From: Takakia lepidozioides
Taxonomy: Eukaryota > Plantae > Bryophyta
NCBI GenBank assembly: GCA_030704615.1
Contig: CM060734.1
Span: 18,352,001-18,416,000 of the forward strand
Reading direction: 5' to 3'
Length of the DNA: 64,000 bases
Shown piece by piece: positions 50,001 to 63,000 of the stretch (its first letter is position 1; every line of letters starts with the position of its first letter). Under the pieces are notes generated by a model. The model saw nothing but the letters and a program-made list of their open reading frames with translations. It did no database searches and was not told the origin of the DNA. Position numbers and translations under genes: made by a program.

Positions 50001-53000
50001 CACCTTATGAGCGCTGCTGCTTCATGAATAAGAAAGATTGCAGGCAAACACAACAGTAGGTCACTCGCCAGTGCGGGAAATGGAAGAGCCTGCCGCCATC
50101 GCGCAAGAAAAACAAAATGCACGCGGATCGTTATGCTCGAGCACTCAGCTCAGCCGCCATCGCCATCCTCCAGAGAAAACAAGCACGAGTATGGTGCCGT
50201 GCTTAGGGCAGAGAGGCGGTTAGCAAACCATCCCGTGATTTCATCCACGGGGATGAAATTTTGCACTTCATTAGAGTTACATCATCTTAGGTTTACATCC
50301 GTTAGGGTTCCATCCAAAATGGATGTAATCCGTCATGGATGAAAAATTGCAGGCTACATCCTTAGTGGTAAAGCTCAAGACCATAATTCATCCAGTTAGG
50401 GATTATACTTGGCATATTTTTCATCCGGTATAGATGAAATTCAAAACATATTCCATTAGGGATTAGAAAGAAGGTATTTCCAAACCAGGTAGGCTTAGGA
50501 AAAAAATTGTTAATCATTGGAGAGAGGGAGAGAGAGGGAGAGAGGGGGGGGCGCCCACCATCCAACCCTTGGTATGGTAGTCCCTTATGGAGTGAGTGTG
50601 GTATGCACTCACCCCGTAAGGGAGTGCATACCAGACCCATTCTCATAAGGCTCTCCCTCTACAATGTAGTTCTATCCTTGGACTTGAATACCAAAAAGAT
50701 AAAAGGTCTACATTCTCTCTGCCCTCAGATCACGAGTGAACATTGGCAAAGCATAAATCAAACTTGGCAAGAATATAGAGTCATGTGTTTTCCATGTTAC
50801 CTCTTATCTTGTCAACAAGCTCTTGTAAAGAAGTAGAGACCAAGGAAGGATCTCTGTGCGATGTAGTTTTATCTTTGGTTAAAAAGCTAGAGTCTCTGCT
50901 TCCCAAGTCAAGAGAAAATATGCACAAAACATTCATATAGCTGGGCACGCAAGAGTTCAGAAATTACAGGTGTTCTTCAACCGATGGCAGTAAATTACTG
51001 CACATTTTTCCACCATATCAGCCAAATTTATGGTTAGAACCGTTTTTCCAAAGGTATGAATAAGAACTTGTGTTCTTCAGCCAGTGGCAGTAGTCTACTG
51101 CCCGTGATTCACACCAGATGATGCGTTATGTTGATGCCTTATGTCAACATCAGATCTCTTATGATGAAAAGCCTTCTCTACTCGTGGGCTTTAATACTTC
51201 TCCTGGATGTGAGTTTGCTCTTTATAGCACCACTAAAAAAATGCGCAGGTGTAACATGATATGTCCTTTTTCATACCTCAAGGAAATCTGGTTTTAAAAC
51301 CATAAAGCTGGCTGATATGGTGAAAAGATGGGGAGCAGATTGCTGCCAATGTTCTTATTCGTATGTTCATGTTGTGAATAACGGGCAGTAGACTACTACC
51401 ACTGGTTGAAGAACAAAAGTTCTTATTCATACCTTTGGAAAAACGGTTCCAACCATAAAGTTGGCTGATATGGTGGAAAAATGTGCAGTAATTTACTGCC
51501 ATTGGTTGAAGAACACCTGTAATTTCTGAACTCTTGCGTGCCCAGCTATATGAATGTTTTGTGCATATTTTCTCTTGACTTGGGAAGCAGAGACTGTAGC
51601 TTTTTAACCAAAGATAAAACTACATCGCACGGAGATCCTTCCTTGGTCTCTACTTCTTTACAAGAGCTTGTTGACAAGATAAGAGGTAACATGGAAAACG
51701 CATGACTCTATATTCTTGCCAAATTTGATTTATGCTTTGCCAATGTTCACTTGTGATCTGAGGGCAGAGAGAATGTAGACCTTTTATCTTTTTGGTATTC
51801 AAGTCCAAGGATAGAACTAAATTGTAGAGGGAGAGCCTTATGAGAATGGGTCTGGTATGCACTCCCTTACGGGGAGAGTGCATACCACACTCACTCCATA
51901 AGGCACCACCATACCAGGGGTTGGATGGTGGGCGCCCCCCCTCTCTCCAATGATTAACAATTTTTTTCCTAAGCCTACCTGGTTTGGAAATACCTTCTTT
52001 CTAATCCCTAATGGAATATGTTTTGAATTTCATCCATACCGGATGAGAGAATATGCCAAGTATAATCCCTAACTGATGAATTATGGTCTTGAGCTTTACC
52101 ACTAAGGATGTAGCCTGCAATTTTTCATCCATGACGGATTACATCCATTCTGGATGTTACCCTAACGGATGTAAACCTAAGAGGATGTAACTCTAATGAA
52201 GTGCAAAATTTCATCCCCGTGGATGAAATCACGGGATGGTTTGCTAACCGCCTCTCTGCCCTAAGCACGACACGATACTCGTGCTTGTTTTCTCTGGAGG
52301 ATGGCGATGGCGGCTGAGCTGAGTGCTCGAGCATCACGATCCGCGTGCATTTTGTTTTTCTTGCGCGATGGCGGCAGGCTCTTCCATTTCCCGCACTGGC
52401 GAATGACCTACTGTTGTGTTTACCTGCAATCTTTCTTATTCATGAAGCAGCAGCGTTCATAAGGTGATGGGGGAAGTATCATGCACTTTGTAAATATGCA
52501 ATTTGTCCTCAAGTATCCCAATTTGTTGCATTCTGCTGTGATCTTTTGAGATTCAGGTGTTGAATGCCGCAACGTCCCACTCCACAAACGATTAAAGTTC
52601 TTTGTGGTGTCGCATCTATGTTTTACTTTTGATCAATTTGCTCACTGTAGAATGCATGTTGGACATGGATAGCAACTGTGAAGACCTGCTACTCACCTCG
52701 TGCATCCTCACTAACACACATCTTGATGTGGTGGTTTTTGGGACGGGCACAGGTGAGGGTCTTCACTTGATGTTTATTTTTTCAGTTTGCAGATGATCAA
52801 AGGACTTGGCGATGGTGAACGCTACATACTGCTTCACTAGGGCATCTGATACGATTCGGCCTCTCAACCTTAATCCTGTTTGGTTTTTATGGGTTGTAAC
52901 CTAATTATAAGTCAGTTTTCTGGTATGAACTTTGGCACCATATTAGTGGGGTTTTCAACCTGATTGTAAATCAGTTTTCTGGCATGATACCAGTCTGAGC

Positions 53001-54243
53001 TTTGGCTGCATTTTGATATGCTGCTGGAGTACCATCTCGAGACCTTATAAGGCTATCCAATGATGCTTAAGATAGGCCTTCTTATGCTGATTTAACACGG
53101 TAAGTACCAAACGATACTTTCTGAACATTGAGGTCAGAGTTCTAAATTTAAAACAGCCCTAGTTACACTGTTTTAACTTAGAGATTACCAAGCAGCTGGC
53201 GTGATGGGCTTTTCAGATTACATAACACATGTTTTAAGGTTGCCAAACGATGCCATTGGAACCATCCTTTGAATTTGAAACAAATTCAGTTTTACTATGT
53301 TAACTTGGAAAGTACCAAGCTGTACTTGACTTGGAAGAATACCAAGCAGTGGTCTTGTTGGGCTTTTTCAAAATACATAGGGGCTGGTTTAACTTATTAA
53401 ACTAGCCTTTTGGAATACCCTTTGAGCTGGTGTTGTCTATAAAGTTCTGATTATGCTCATTATAGCATTCCACTCTGATTGAGTTTTGGAGAGATGATTG
53501 GAAAACCAGATCCAGACCTTTGTGCATTCATGGAACATAGACATAGCATCCTGGCTGGTCTACATTATCAGGCTGGGCTCTTGGAATTGCAACATCTGCA
53601 ACTCATTCTTAAAGGCTCAAGTGTTTATGCTGATTTGGTATGTACCAAAGGTGGTGTTTGTCCCAATGGTTTTATAAGAAAAACAAGACTCCTTCAATGA
53701 TGAATGACATCTGAATCTAGGGTGATGGTTGTCTTGGAAATCTCACCCTCCCACCCTAATTTTTCATGTGTTCTTAGGAAGATGACATGAGTTTTTATCA
53801 GGTAAGATACTGCCTATGGAAGGTGAAGTTAGATAGTGGCTTGTTATGAGGCTGATTTGTCGTTAATTTGACAGAGACCTTGTTTGGTCTGGTCCATGTC
53901 CCGACAAGACATAGTATCTTCCCTCTCTATTCTTGACCAGTGTACTTAGTGGTTTCTTTACACACACTCTCTCTCTCTCACCTGCCATTTTCCAGTTTTC
54001 TTACTATGATGTACTAACACCTTTAATGGCTTTTGCAGAGGTCTAGGAGCCATGGGGTATCAGCCCCCTATACCTCCATAACAATAGTGTGGAGCAACAA
54101 ATCCCTCATAAGGTATGGTGATCCTCTCCAACAAAAAATTGTTGGATTGGACAACGAGAGAAATGCATTGCTGATATTACTTGAAGAACATCTAAGGGTT
54201 TCTTGCATACTGATATTATGAGCTAGGCCCAGGTAAAACAGCC
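47050..54243. repeat. Mosaic of direct and inverted duplications, including an inverted repeat with 2-kb arms (49103-51113 and 51373-53364)
   Basis: Near-identical ORF translations on opposite strands (49671..49865 vs 52602..52796; 50133..50342 vs 52125..52337); 47050-47865 matches 50146-50955; 47866-48742 matches 53372-54243. Confidence 0.93.
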
Positions 54244-54879
54244 CGTTTTGTAATATTCAGACTGACATACTTACAAATCTCAGATACTTCCTTTGGACAT
54301 ATACTGGCCCCAAGGATGGCATCCAATTCTGCACAGCTCGAGTGAAAATGATAGAGAGGTGGTATTGGAAAGTGACAGAACAAAATATCAATAAGTTTTA
54401 TCAAGACAAATATTTTTATCAAAACAACTTGGGCATGTGTATAACTTCAAATAATGTGGAAAAACAAAATGTTAATGCAGAGAGCCGGATAAAATATGTT
54501 TTAATTAAGACAAAATACATGATGAACGCTGGAACTAATATGCATTAACTTGAAACCCTAATGTTAAGTCAAAATCCAAACGATTTGAAATCTAAACCAA
54601 TTGAAAATAAAGATGAAAAAAATATTATATATACAACATTCATAATCCAAATTTACTAACTGAGCCATGTCACCATGCCATGATTGGGCCATGGAAGTTG
54701 GGCCATGTCATTACACCTGTCAAATAAATTTTCATTTTTTCATATAAAACTTGAATATAGCCCATCTATCTGGACGTTGTTCTCAGAATTCATCGCTAGT
54801 AGTGCGGAGCAATGTGAAGCCCTAGTTTGTATTGTATTTGTTTTCACTTGATACTTGCTATTTGATAAATTTGTAATTC

Positions 54880-55011
54880 AAGATGGTTCAGTTGGTTAAG
54901 TGCACTTAGTGCCATCTAGATAATTCTGGGTTTAAATCTTGCTACTTGACGGGTGTGGTATTCTCTTCTCCCCCTTCCTGGGTGGTGTCTCATTCATACG
55001 CCTCCATGGCG
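54880..55011 (+). mobile_element. Degenerate tRNA-derived SINE-like copy
   Basis: A-box-like TGGTTCAGTTGG and decayed B-box GGGTTTAAATC; reverse-complement match to 55130-55255. Confidence 0.55.
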
Positions 55012-55059
55012 CGTTTTTTGTTTTGTTTTTTTTAAATTTACTTATTATATAGAAAAGAG

Positions 55060-55331
55060 AAACACCTGGGAGCGACAACTCACAAATCAGGCCCCTTGAT
55101 AGAGAGAGGAGAAAATAACCTCTCAGTAACCTCGCCATGAAGGCTTTACGATGCGACACCGGCGCAGGGAAGGGGGACACCACACCCGTCAAGTAGCAGG
55201 ATTTGACCCTAGAGTCATCGCACTCAGTGCACTTTACCAACTGAGCTACTGACTGTTGGTGGCTGAAAGAGGTTATTTTCTCCTCTCACTATTAAGGGGC
55301 CTGATTTGTGAGCTGTCGCTCCCAGGTGTTT
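55060..55331. mobile_element. MITE-like unit with 64-bp inverted repeats around a minus-strand tRNA-like core
   Basis: 55060-55123 is the near-perfect reverse complement of 55268-55331; the core reads GTAGCTCAGTTGGTAAAG...GGGTCAAATCC on the minus strand. Confidence 0.65.
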
Positions 55332-57083
55332 CCCTATTTTAAAAAATAAAAATAAAAATGGCGTTGGAGTGATACTAGAATTGATATCTCGTACGAGGTG
55401 GTGTTGTGGTCATGATACTCATACTCATACTAGTATCTAAAAAAAATACATTCACCATTCTATAGACCTGACTAGTATAATTTTTTTGTGATTCGTTTGG
55501 TACCTGTTTGGTATGTACTGAACTTGATACCAGAACAACACTGGAGTATTCCTAGGGTATAGTTGCTAGAGCCATGATAGCCAAAGAAGGCTTGCCACAT
55601 GGTGAATCATGGCAAACTCTCTTGACAAGTGAAGGGCCCAACGTTGGTTGGTAGCTATAGTTTGACCCCATGTCTGATAACGTACTGTATTTCACCATGA
55701 TGGCTACGGGCCGTACCGACTTGCAGCGCTGCTCGATCATGCAGGCTCGTCTCAGTAGATACCTAGTCCGTAATTGCATACTAACGGAGCACAACACAGT
55801 ATATAGATTACTCTCACATCAAATAGTGTTTGTCACCTATTTGTTGTGAGTATCATACCACCTCAAACGTGGTTCTGGGTTCAATCCACCTGTTGGTGTC
55901 AGAAAGGTGTCCACCTTCAGGCCAAAAGGCATTAGCCGTTCGGGGTGGAGTCACCATGATGCCTAAAAGGCTGGAAAAATAACATGAAAGTGCCTAATTC
56001 AATGAATATTCTCTAAACTCTATATAATTTCTATTGAATGCAAAAAATAAAATAAAAATCTCCATAAATATTCAAAAAATATAGGCCGATTCCCTAGGTC
56101 CATACAACCTCCATAGGACCTTCCAATGAGTTCCAAACATCCTACAAATGTTCATCATTGAATTCTTGATCACCATTCAAGTTAGGTATATCTGAGTCTT
56201 CGATGTGCAAATTTCCAAGGCAGCGAAAAGAAGAGGGAGGGGATGAAAGGTGCCTAGACATGAGAAATCATGGATGACATGTGCCTAATGTATATAAATT
56301 CTTTTTGAAAGTGCCTAAAGAGAATATTCCAGATTTGATAATCATGATCTGCCCTTCCACTACAGTATGCCAGCACTGCGCAGAGTTGATCCCTGCACCG
56401 CATCTCCGCCAGATGGGCTTATATCCGGGGAATGGAGGAGCGCCACGTCATCTATTGTAGAAGAGCTCCTGCTACGAGTACTACGAGCTATAGCCCCCCT
56501 GAGTACACCGAATGAGCGGGTGCCACATCACCGAATGCTCTGCAGTTGCTGCTTTGAATCATGTATAGTAACAGAAAAGTTTACTCACACCTGTGGTTTT
56601 CCAGGCTGGCAGCCAATTGGATCGCCTGCCTTTCGACGGCTGGTGCATGCGCCACTTGCCACCTGGAAACGGTCGAGACGAAGGACGAAGAAGAAGGACG
56701 AAGACGATCGTTAAACGTTTTTGACGTTCTTGGGCGGACGTGGAGGGGTAGCTTTCGGATTTCGGCTGTCTGTGGAGAGGACGATGACGACCTTCTTGTT
56801 AATGCTCGAGGGGGCATTATGGCCGGAAGCGCAAAGGACGTGGAGACAGGTCGAGGTGGTCCGTGAAATGCAGTTGTGGTGCGTTTGGGGGAGTAGCATC
56901 GTGTACCATAATGTTTGTGAATATCAAGGTCCCACAGGAAAAAGTGCCGCTGTTGCCGAGTTGAGGGTCAGCCTGGAGTCGGGGCATTAGCTGTTCACAG
57001 ATTCTGTGGTCAATAGAGAGCATTGTAACCTGCAAGAAGGGCTTGCTCGACCTGGGTGGAATTGTTAATTTAGGTATATCACC

Positions 57084-60000
57084 ATGGCTGCAAATCATGA
57101 AATGCGGGATGTACGCAAGTTTTTGATTCTGGAGATGGGTTTTCCGCCTCACCTAGTTGACCGAGCCATACAGGCCCATGGTATGTCAAATACGTATTCG
57201 CCCTACTGCGACCCATTTTCTTTTCTGCAACTCTGTGCTATGCTTGCAGTTGTCCTTTACAGTGGGGAGTTCGACCCATTTGTGGTGAATGGTGTGGACA
57301 ATGCACAGGTAATGAAGGTGATGCCAATGAAATAGCGTCACTCCTACTTGCCCGGGATCCCCTGACCCATTTCGCTAACCAGCCTTCTCAATCAGTGGTG
57401 AGTGTTCCTCAAGTCAGCATAATGGACCATGGGCCCGCAAAATCAGAGGTAAAATACAATTCTTTGCTTTTTGAGGTCGTTTCTTGGTGCTCCGTAGACA
57501 CTTTGTTATACTTTGGGGAAGACAGTGCTTAGATAGAGCTGTAGATGCTTTTATACTTGGCTTGTGCTGAATTTCAAAGAGTTTCGGTTGCATAAGAATC
57601 CGGAAACTTCGTCTGTGTAGGACATAACATGCAGTGATGCAGACGATGAAGCCCAGTCAATGGATGAAGGGAGGGACCCCAGAAATGGAGAAATCTATGG
57701 AGGATCCTTGGAGCCTCTTTTGGAGGGAGAGACGAGATCCTTGACACAGCAAGGCAACAGAGATCCAAACTTACATGATTGGGATAGACCGGTTAATTGG
57801 GAGCTGGAGTGGGTGATGGAGGAGGATACTGAAGGTGGAAGGGATGAACTGAACAGAGGTGCTGTTCAGATATATGACAATGTCTCTCTAGAGACAAGCC
57901 GAAATGAGGTACTTACTACCCTAACTAATTTGCTTCTCCTTCTAAATGGGCTCCAAAAATCCCTCTACCTGAGCATAAAAGTTTTGACTAAAAGTGGGTT
58001 TGGGTACGTTTGTAAGAGATGGAGAGATTCCTAGATCAACTATTTGACTTTTGATTATTGGCAGGAGGATGGAGATGCTGCCATCAACGTAAAAGATGCA
58101 GAGCGAATGATGTACTTACGGGACATGGGCTTCTCGCCAGAGCTCATACATCGAGCGATACATATGCACGGTTGGTGAGCTTGCCCATAGAGAGACCTCA
58201 TCTGTCCACTGCAAGATTTGGCGATTGTTCCTTTATGTTATCACTTATAGGTCATTTCTCATAAGCCTTTGCTAATGGGACTGTTAGGCTAGAGAGAGAG
58301 AAGAGTGCTGCAACATGCTCTCGCATGCCATTTGAGGTTTTGCAACTGTGCCTTTGCAGGGGCACAAGCTGCAGATTCCGCTCTGGTGCAGTTTTGCCTG
58401 GACTGGCAAGGAAACAATGGTCATGATAGCTATGATGGCCAACTTGGTGAAGATCATCAAGCTAATGGACAAGAGTATGATCACAACTTTACGCGTACCG
58501 ATGCACAGTCCCATGGAGAGGACGATCTGCATGGTGCTCCCAGTATGGACAAGGCCAATTGGGTGGGTCTTGTGGACCTGAAAGGAGCAATTTACTGTCC
58601 TTGGTTCAGTTCTAGAGTAGCCTATTGGTTGGGTCCCTTGGGTGTATCTAACATCTTCCTTTCTGCTATAAAGCAGGGGGACCTGATGGCATTGTCGATG
58701 AGCTAATTAAGTATGGTGGCGACCCTATGGTACAGGCCCTTGCTCTTCTCTTTAACCTTACTTGGCAGACTGAAGTGATCCCCTTTCTTTGGAGACAGGG
58801 AGTCATTGTCAACCTGTATAAGAAAGGCGACAGAGAAGAGCCTGGGAACTATCGCGGTATCACGCTTCTTAGCACAGTTGGGAAGCTGTTTTGTAGGATA
58901 ATAAGCACCCATCTCAAGGTTGATCTGGAGTCTTAAGGTGGTTTTCATGAAGGCCAGGCTGGCTTTCGGAGACATAGGCGCTGCACTGACCATATCTTCA
59001 CTCTTAAGTCAGATCAACCAGGGAAGGAAAAGAGAAGGAAAGCCCATTTTTCTCTTCTTCCGGGATGTCAAAAAGGCTTATGAGACAGTGTCATGGGCTA
59101 TGGCTCCGGCTTTGGTCTTCTGGGGTCAGGGTCAGGGGAAAGATGTGGAGGATGGTCCACAACCTGAATGCGAACACCAAAAGCTGTGTTAAGGTCAATG
59201 GTCAGAAGTCTAACTTCTTTGATATTGATCAAGGTGTAGCACAAGGTTGCACCCTCTTCCCACTGCTCTTCAATGTTTTCATTAATTGGCTTCTTGAAGA
59301 TGTGGAAAGTGACCACCATACCAGCTCTTATGTTTGCGGATGACTTTGCAGGCCTATGGGATACACCATCCTATCTCCAGTTTGCGTGACGAGGTTCTTT
59401 GACCTGTGGAGGCTAGAAGCTAATGTTAGTAAATGTGCAGTGGTGGCATTCAACCGTGGGGAGGGAGGAGGGGATCTCAAATAAAAATGCGGCGATGAAG
59501 AGATCCCTGTACTCCCTTCCTACACATATCTTGGTGTTGAGTTTTCCTCCAACTGTAACTGGGAGGCACATGTACAAAAAGTGATCAATGCTAAATGCAA
59601 AGCTTTGGGTCTCACTAAATTTTTCCAGTGCAGAGGGATTAATACCGAAGTTTAAAGGACCATGCTTTGCGATATTACTAGGCCAGCCTGGGAGTACGCA
59701 ACTGCTGTGTGGGTTGACATTTCCAACCATGCTAAATCTCTAGAATCCATTCAGGTCACGGTGCTCAAAGAAAGCATGTCGGCTTGCTCTAGAACAGCTA
59801 ATGTGGCTGTTGGGGGCAAGTTTGGCATACCTCCCTTAAGCACTCAACATGATGAATTCAAGGTCAGATAGGTAAGTTGATTCGCATGCCAAATACCAGA
59901 GACCCTATGATAATCGACGCTAGTCTGAATATTAGTCCAGAAGAATTGACCCTACTGGATGAAGCTGACCTGGAGAGGGTTGTGTCCAAAGCCATGTCTG

Positions 60001-63000
60001 ATGCCCAAAGGCTGTGCGATGAAAATGTCGTTAGGCATAAATCACTGACCTTGTTTCCAGTCTGTGTCATGGGCGAGGACCTTAAGGATGATCTGAAGGG
60101 CCTACCTATCCTCGGCATTTGACTGAAAGTTAAACTCAGGGCGGGAAGCCTACAGATGCAGAGAGGAGAGGAGATAGTAATTACCCAATTTGCGGGCAGC
60201 CTGCAGACAACATCCATTTTCTGATACATAGTCTGGAATATTCTCACCAGAGAGTAATCCTCTTCAGGGCGATCAAGAACATTGTCCCTGCACCTCTGTT
60301 CACCAGCTTCCAAAATCTTGAGGCTGAGCCTAATGCCCTGGCCCTCTTGGGGCCTAATTTCTGGGCAGCTCACACACAGCAAATTGATGCTTGTGTGAAG
60401 GGCTTTGTAGAGGATATCTGTAAAACCCGAACTAATTGTCTTTACCAAGGTAAGTCACACAGTTGGAGTGAGCCCCTCCCAAAGGTAGTTTCTGCTCCCA
60501 TTTGTTCTGCCCAAACTGGTTGCGGGGTCTATGGCCACAAAGGCTATGGCAAACAACCTCTTACGAGTAGTGTGTGTGTGAGTGTGTGTGTGTGTGTGAA
60601 GGGCCTAGTACAGAGTGAGGGGCAGAAGCCTCCTGTGCCCGGCACACTCCCCACGGATGTCAGCCCTGTGTTGTAAACACAGGGCTATAAGACTAAAATC
60701 AATCTTATGAGTACACACATACATACACACACACACACTCTCTCTCTCTTTCTCTCAGTATCCTTGGCAGAACTTCTAGGTCTAACAGTGAGGGGTCCTC
60801 TGAAGAATGGAAGGACAGTTGGAAAAACTGTTCCTATGATTCAAGACAGCCCTGATGAATTGGAGTATATTTCAAAGGCTTACAACGCTCCCATTAGTTC
60901 TTCTGAGATTGTGGAAGCAATTGAGCATTTAAATGGATATAAAGCTGGTGGACCTGATGGCATAGTCAATGAGCTTATCAAGCACGGGGGCGATCCCACG
61001 ATAGAGGCCCTTGTACTTCTCTTTAACCTTATCTGGATGACTGAAATGATCCCCTTTCGCTGGCGACAGGGGGCCATTGTCAATCTATACAAGAAGGGTG
61101 ACAGAGAAGAACCGGGGAACTACCGAGGCATCACGCTCCTCAATGCAGTTGGGAAGATGTTTTGCAGAGTTATAAGTCTCCAGGTTGATCTGGAATCTAG
61201 AGGTTGTTTCCACGAAGGCCAAGCTGGCTTTCGGCAAAACAGGGGCTGCGTGGATCATATCTTCACTCTAAGCTAGATTATCCAGGGAAGGAAAAAAGAA
61301 GGGAAACCCACTTTTGTATTTTTCTTGGATGTCAAAAGGCTTATGACACAGTGTAGAGAGATGGTCTATGGCTCTGCCTCTGGTCATGTGGGATCAAGGG
61401 AAAGATGTGGAGAGCTGTCCATAACTTGTATGCTTGCACCAAAAGTTGGGTCACTGTTAATGGACAGAAGTCTAACTTCTTTGACATAGACCAAGGTGTA
61501 GCTCAAGGATGTACCCTCTCCCCTCTGCTCTTCAATGTTTTCATCAATCAACTCCTCGAGGATGTGGAAAGTGAGGGATTTGGGTTAAGGGTGGGTGATG
61601 CCACCATACCAGCCCTAATGTTTGCAGATGACTTCACAGGCATAAGGGAGACTCCTTCCAACCTCCAGGAGTTGATTGATTGCGCGAAGACATACTTCGA
61701 CCTTTGGGGGCTAGAGGCTAACGTCAGTAAATGTGCAGTGGTGGCATTCAACGACAGAGGAGAGGGAGGAAGTGATCTCAAGTGGCAGTGGGGTAGCCAA
61801 GAGATTCCGGTCTTCCCTTCCTACACATACCTGGGCGTTGAGGTTTCCTCCAACTGTAACTGGGATGCACATATTGAGAAAGTTGTTCAAACTGGCAAGG
61901 GCAAAGTGCTGGGTCTCACTAAATTTTTCCACTGCAGAGGGATCCACTCTGAGGTCAAGAAAACCATGCTTTGTCGCGTTATTAGACCTGCCTCGGAGTA
62001 TGTATCTGCAATATGGGTTGATAACTAGTGCCGAGAGTGGGTAGACCCTTGAGGTCATCCATGATGTCCTCCCCCATGTCACAGACTGGAAACAAGTTCA
62101 GGGAAGTTTTCTGCCTAACTTCATTTTCATCAGACAATTTCCTGGCAACAGACATGGCTTTGGACACTACAGCCTCTAAGTCAGATTTATCCAGCAGGGT
62201 TAAGACTTCGGGCTAAGATTCAGATCCTTGAGAATTTCTTCTACTCTCATCCGCCAGGACTTAGCCTGTTTGACAGGGCGGTCCTGTTTCCAAGATATAG
62301 AGTCGATTAACTCGGGATATCTGGTGTTGGACATGTGTTGCAGCTGACCCCACCATCTGACCTTGAATTCATCTCGTCGGGAGCTTAAGGAAGGGATGCC
62401 AAACTCAACCCGAACAGCCACATTGGGTTTTGGAGCATGCTGACATGCACTCCTTAAGCACCCCCACTTGAATGGATTCTAGAGACTTAGTGAAATTTAA
62501 ACTCAGGGCGGGAAGCCTACCTTTGAACAGCAACAGAGGCAGAGAGGAACGGGAGAGTGCAATTGCCCGTTGTGTGGGCAACCTGAAGACAATATTCATT
62601 TTCTGATTCATTGTCGGGGGTGAGAGAGACGCTCTCTTAGAATCTATCAAGGGAATTGTGCCTGTACCTCTGTTTACCAACTTTGAAAGTCTCGAGGCTG
62701 AGCCAAAAGCCCAGGCCCTTTGGGGCCTAGTTATTGGGCAAACCACACACAGCAGGTTGATGCTCGTGTAAAGGGATTTCTAGAGGATATTTGGAAAACC
62801 TAGATCAATTGTTTATTCCAAGTCCTACTACCGGCGTCAGCCCCTGACAAAGATAGGTTCTGTCCCTTTGTGTTCCGCTCAAAGAGGGCGCAGGGTCAAT
62901 GGCCACAAGGCGACGGCAAACAACGTCTTATGAGTACATTCTCTCTCCCTCTCTCTCTCCTTTGAACTGGGCGGGTCAATGGCCACAAGGCTACGGCAAA

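Noticed and set aside
55130-55255. A functional tRNA gene
   Set aside because: A and B boxes are present, but I cannot fold a complete cloverleaf with acceptor and anticodon stems; treated as SINE-like.
56367-56990. Short ORFs upstream of the DRM-like ATG
   Set aside because: No motifs; the candidate exon MAGSAKDVET (56819-56849) does not splice in frame to the 57074 acceptor. Probably promoter or 5' UTR.
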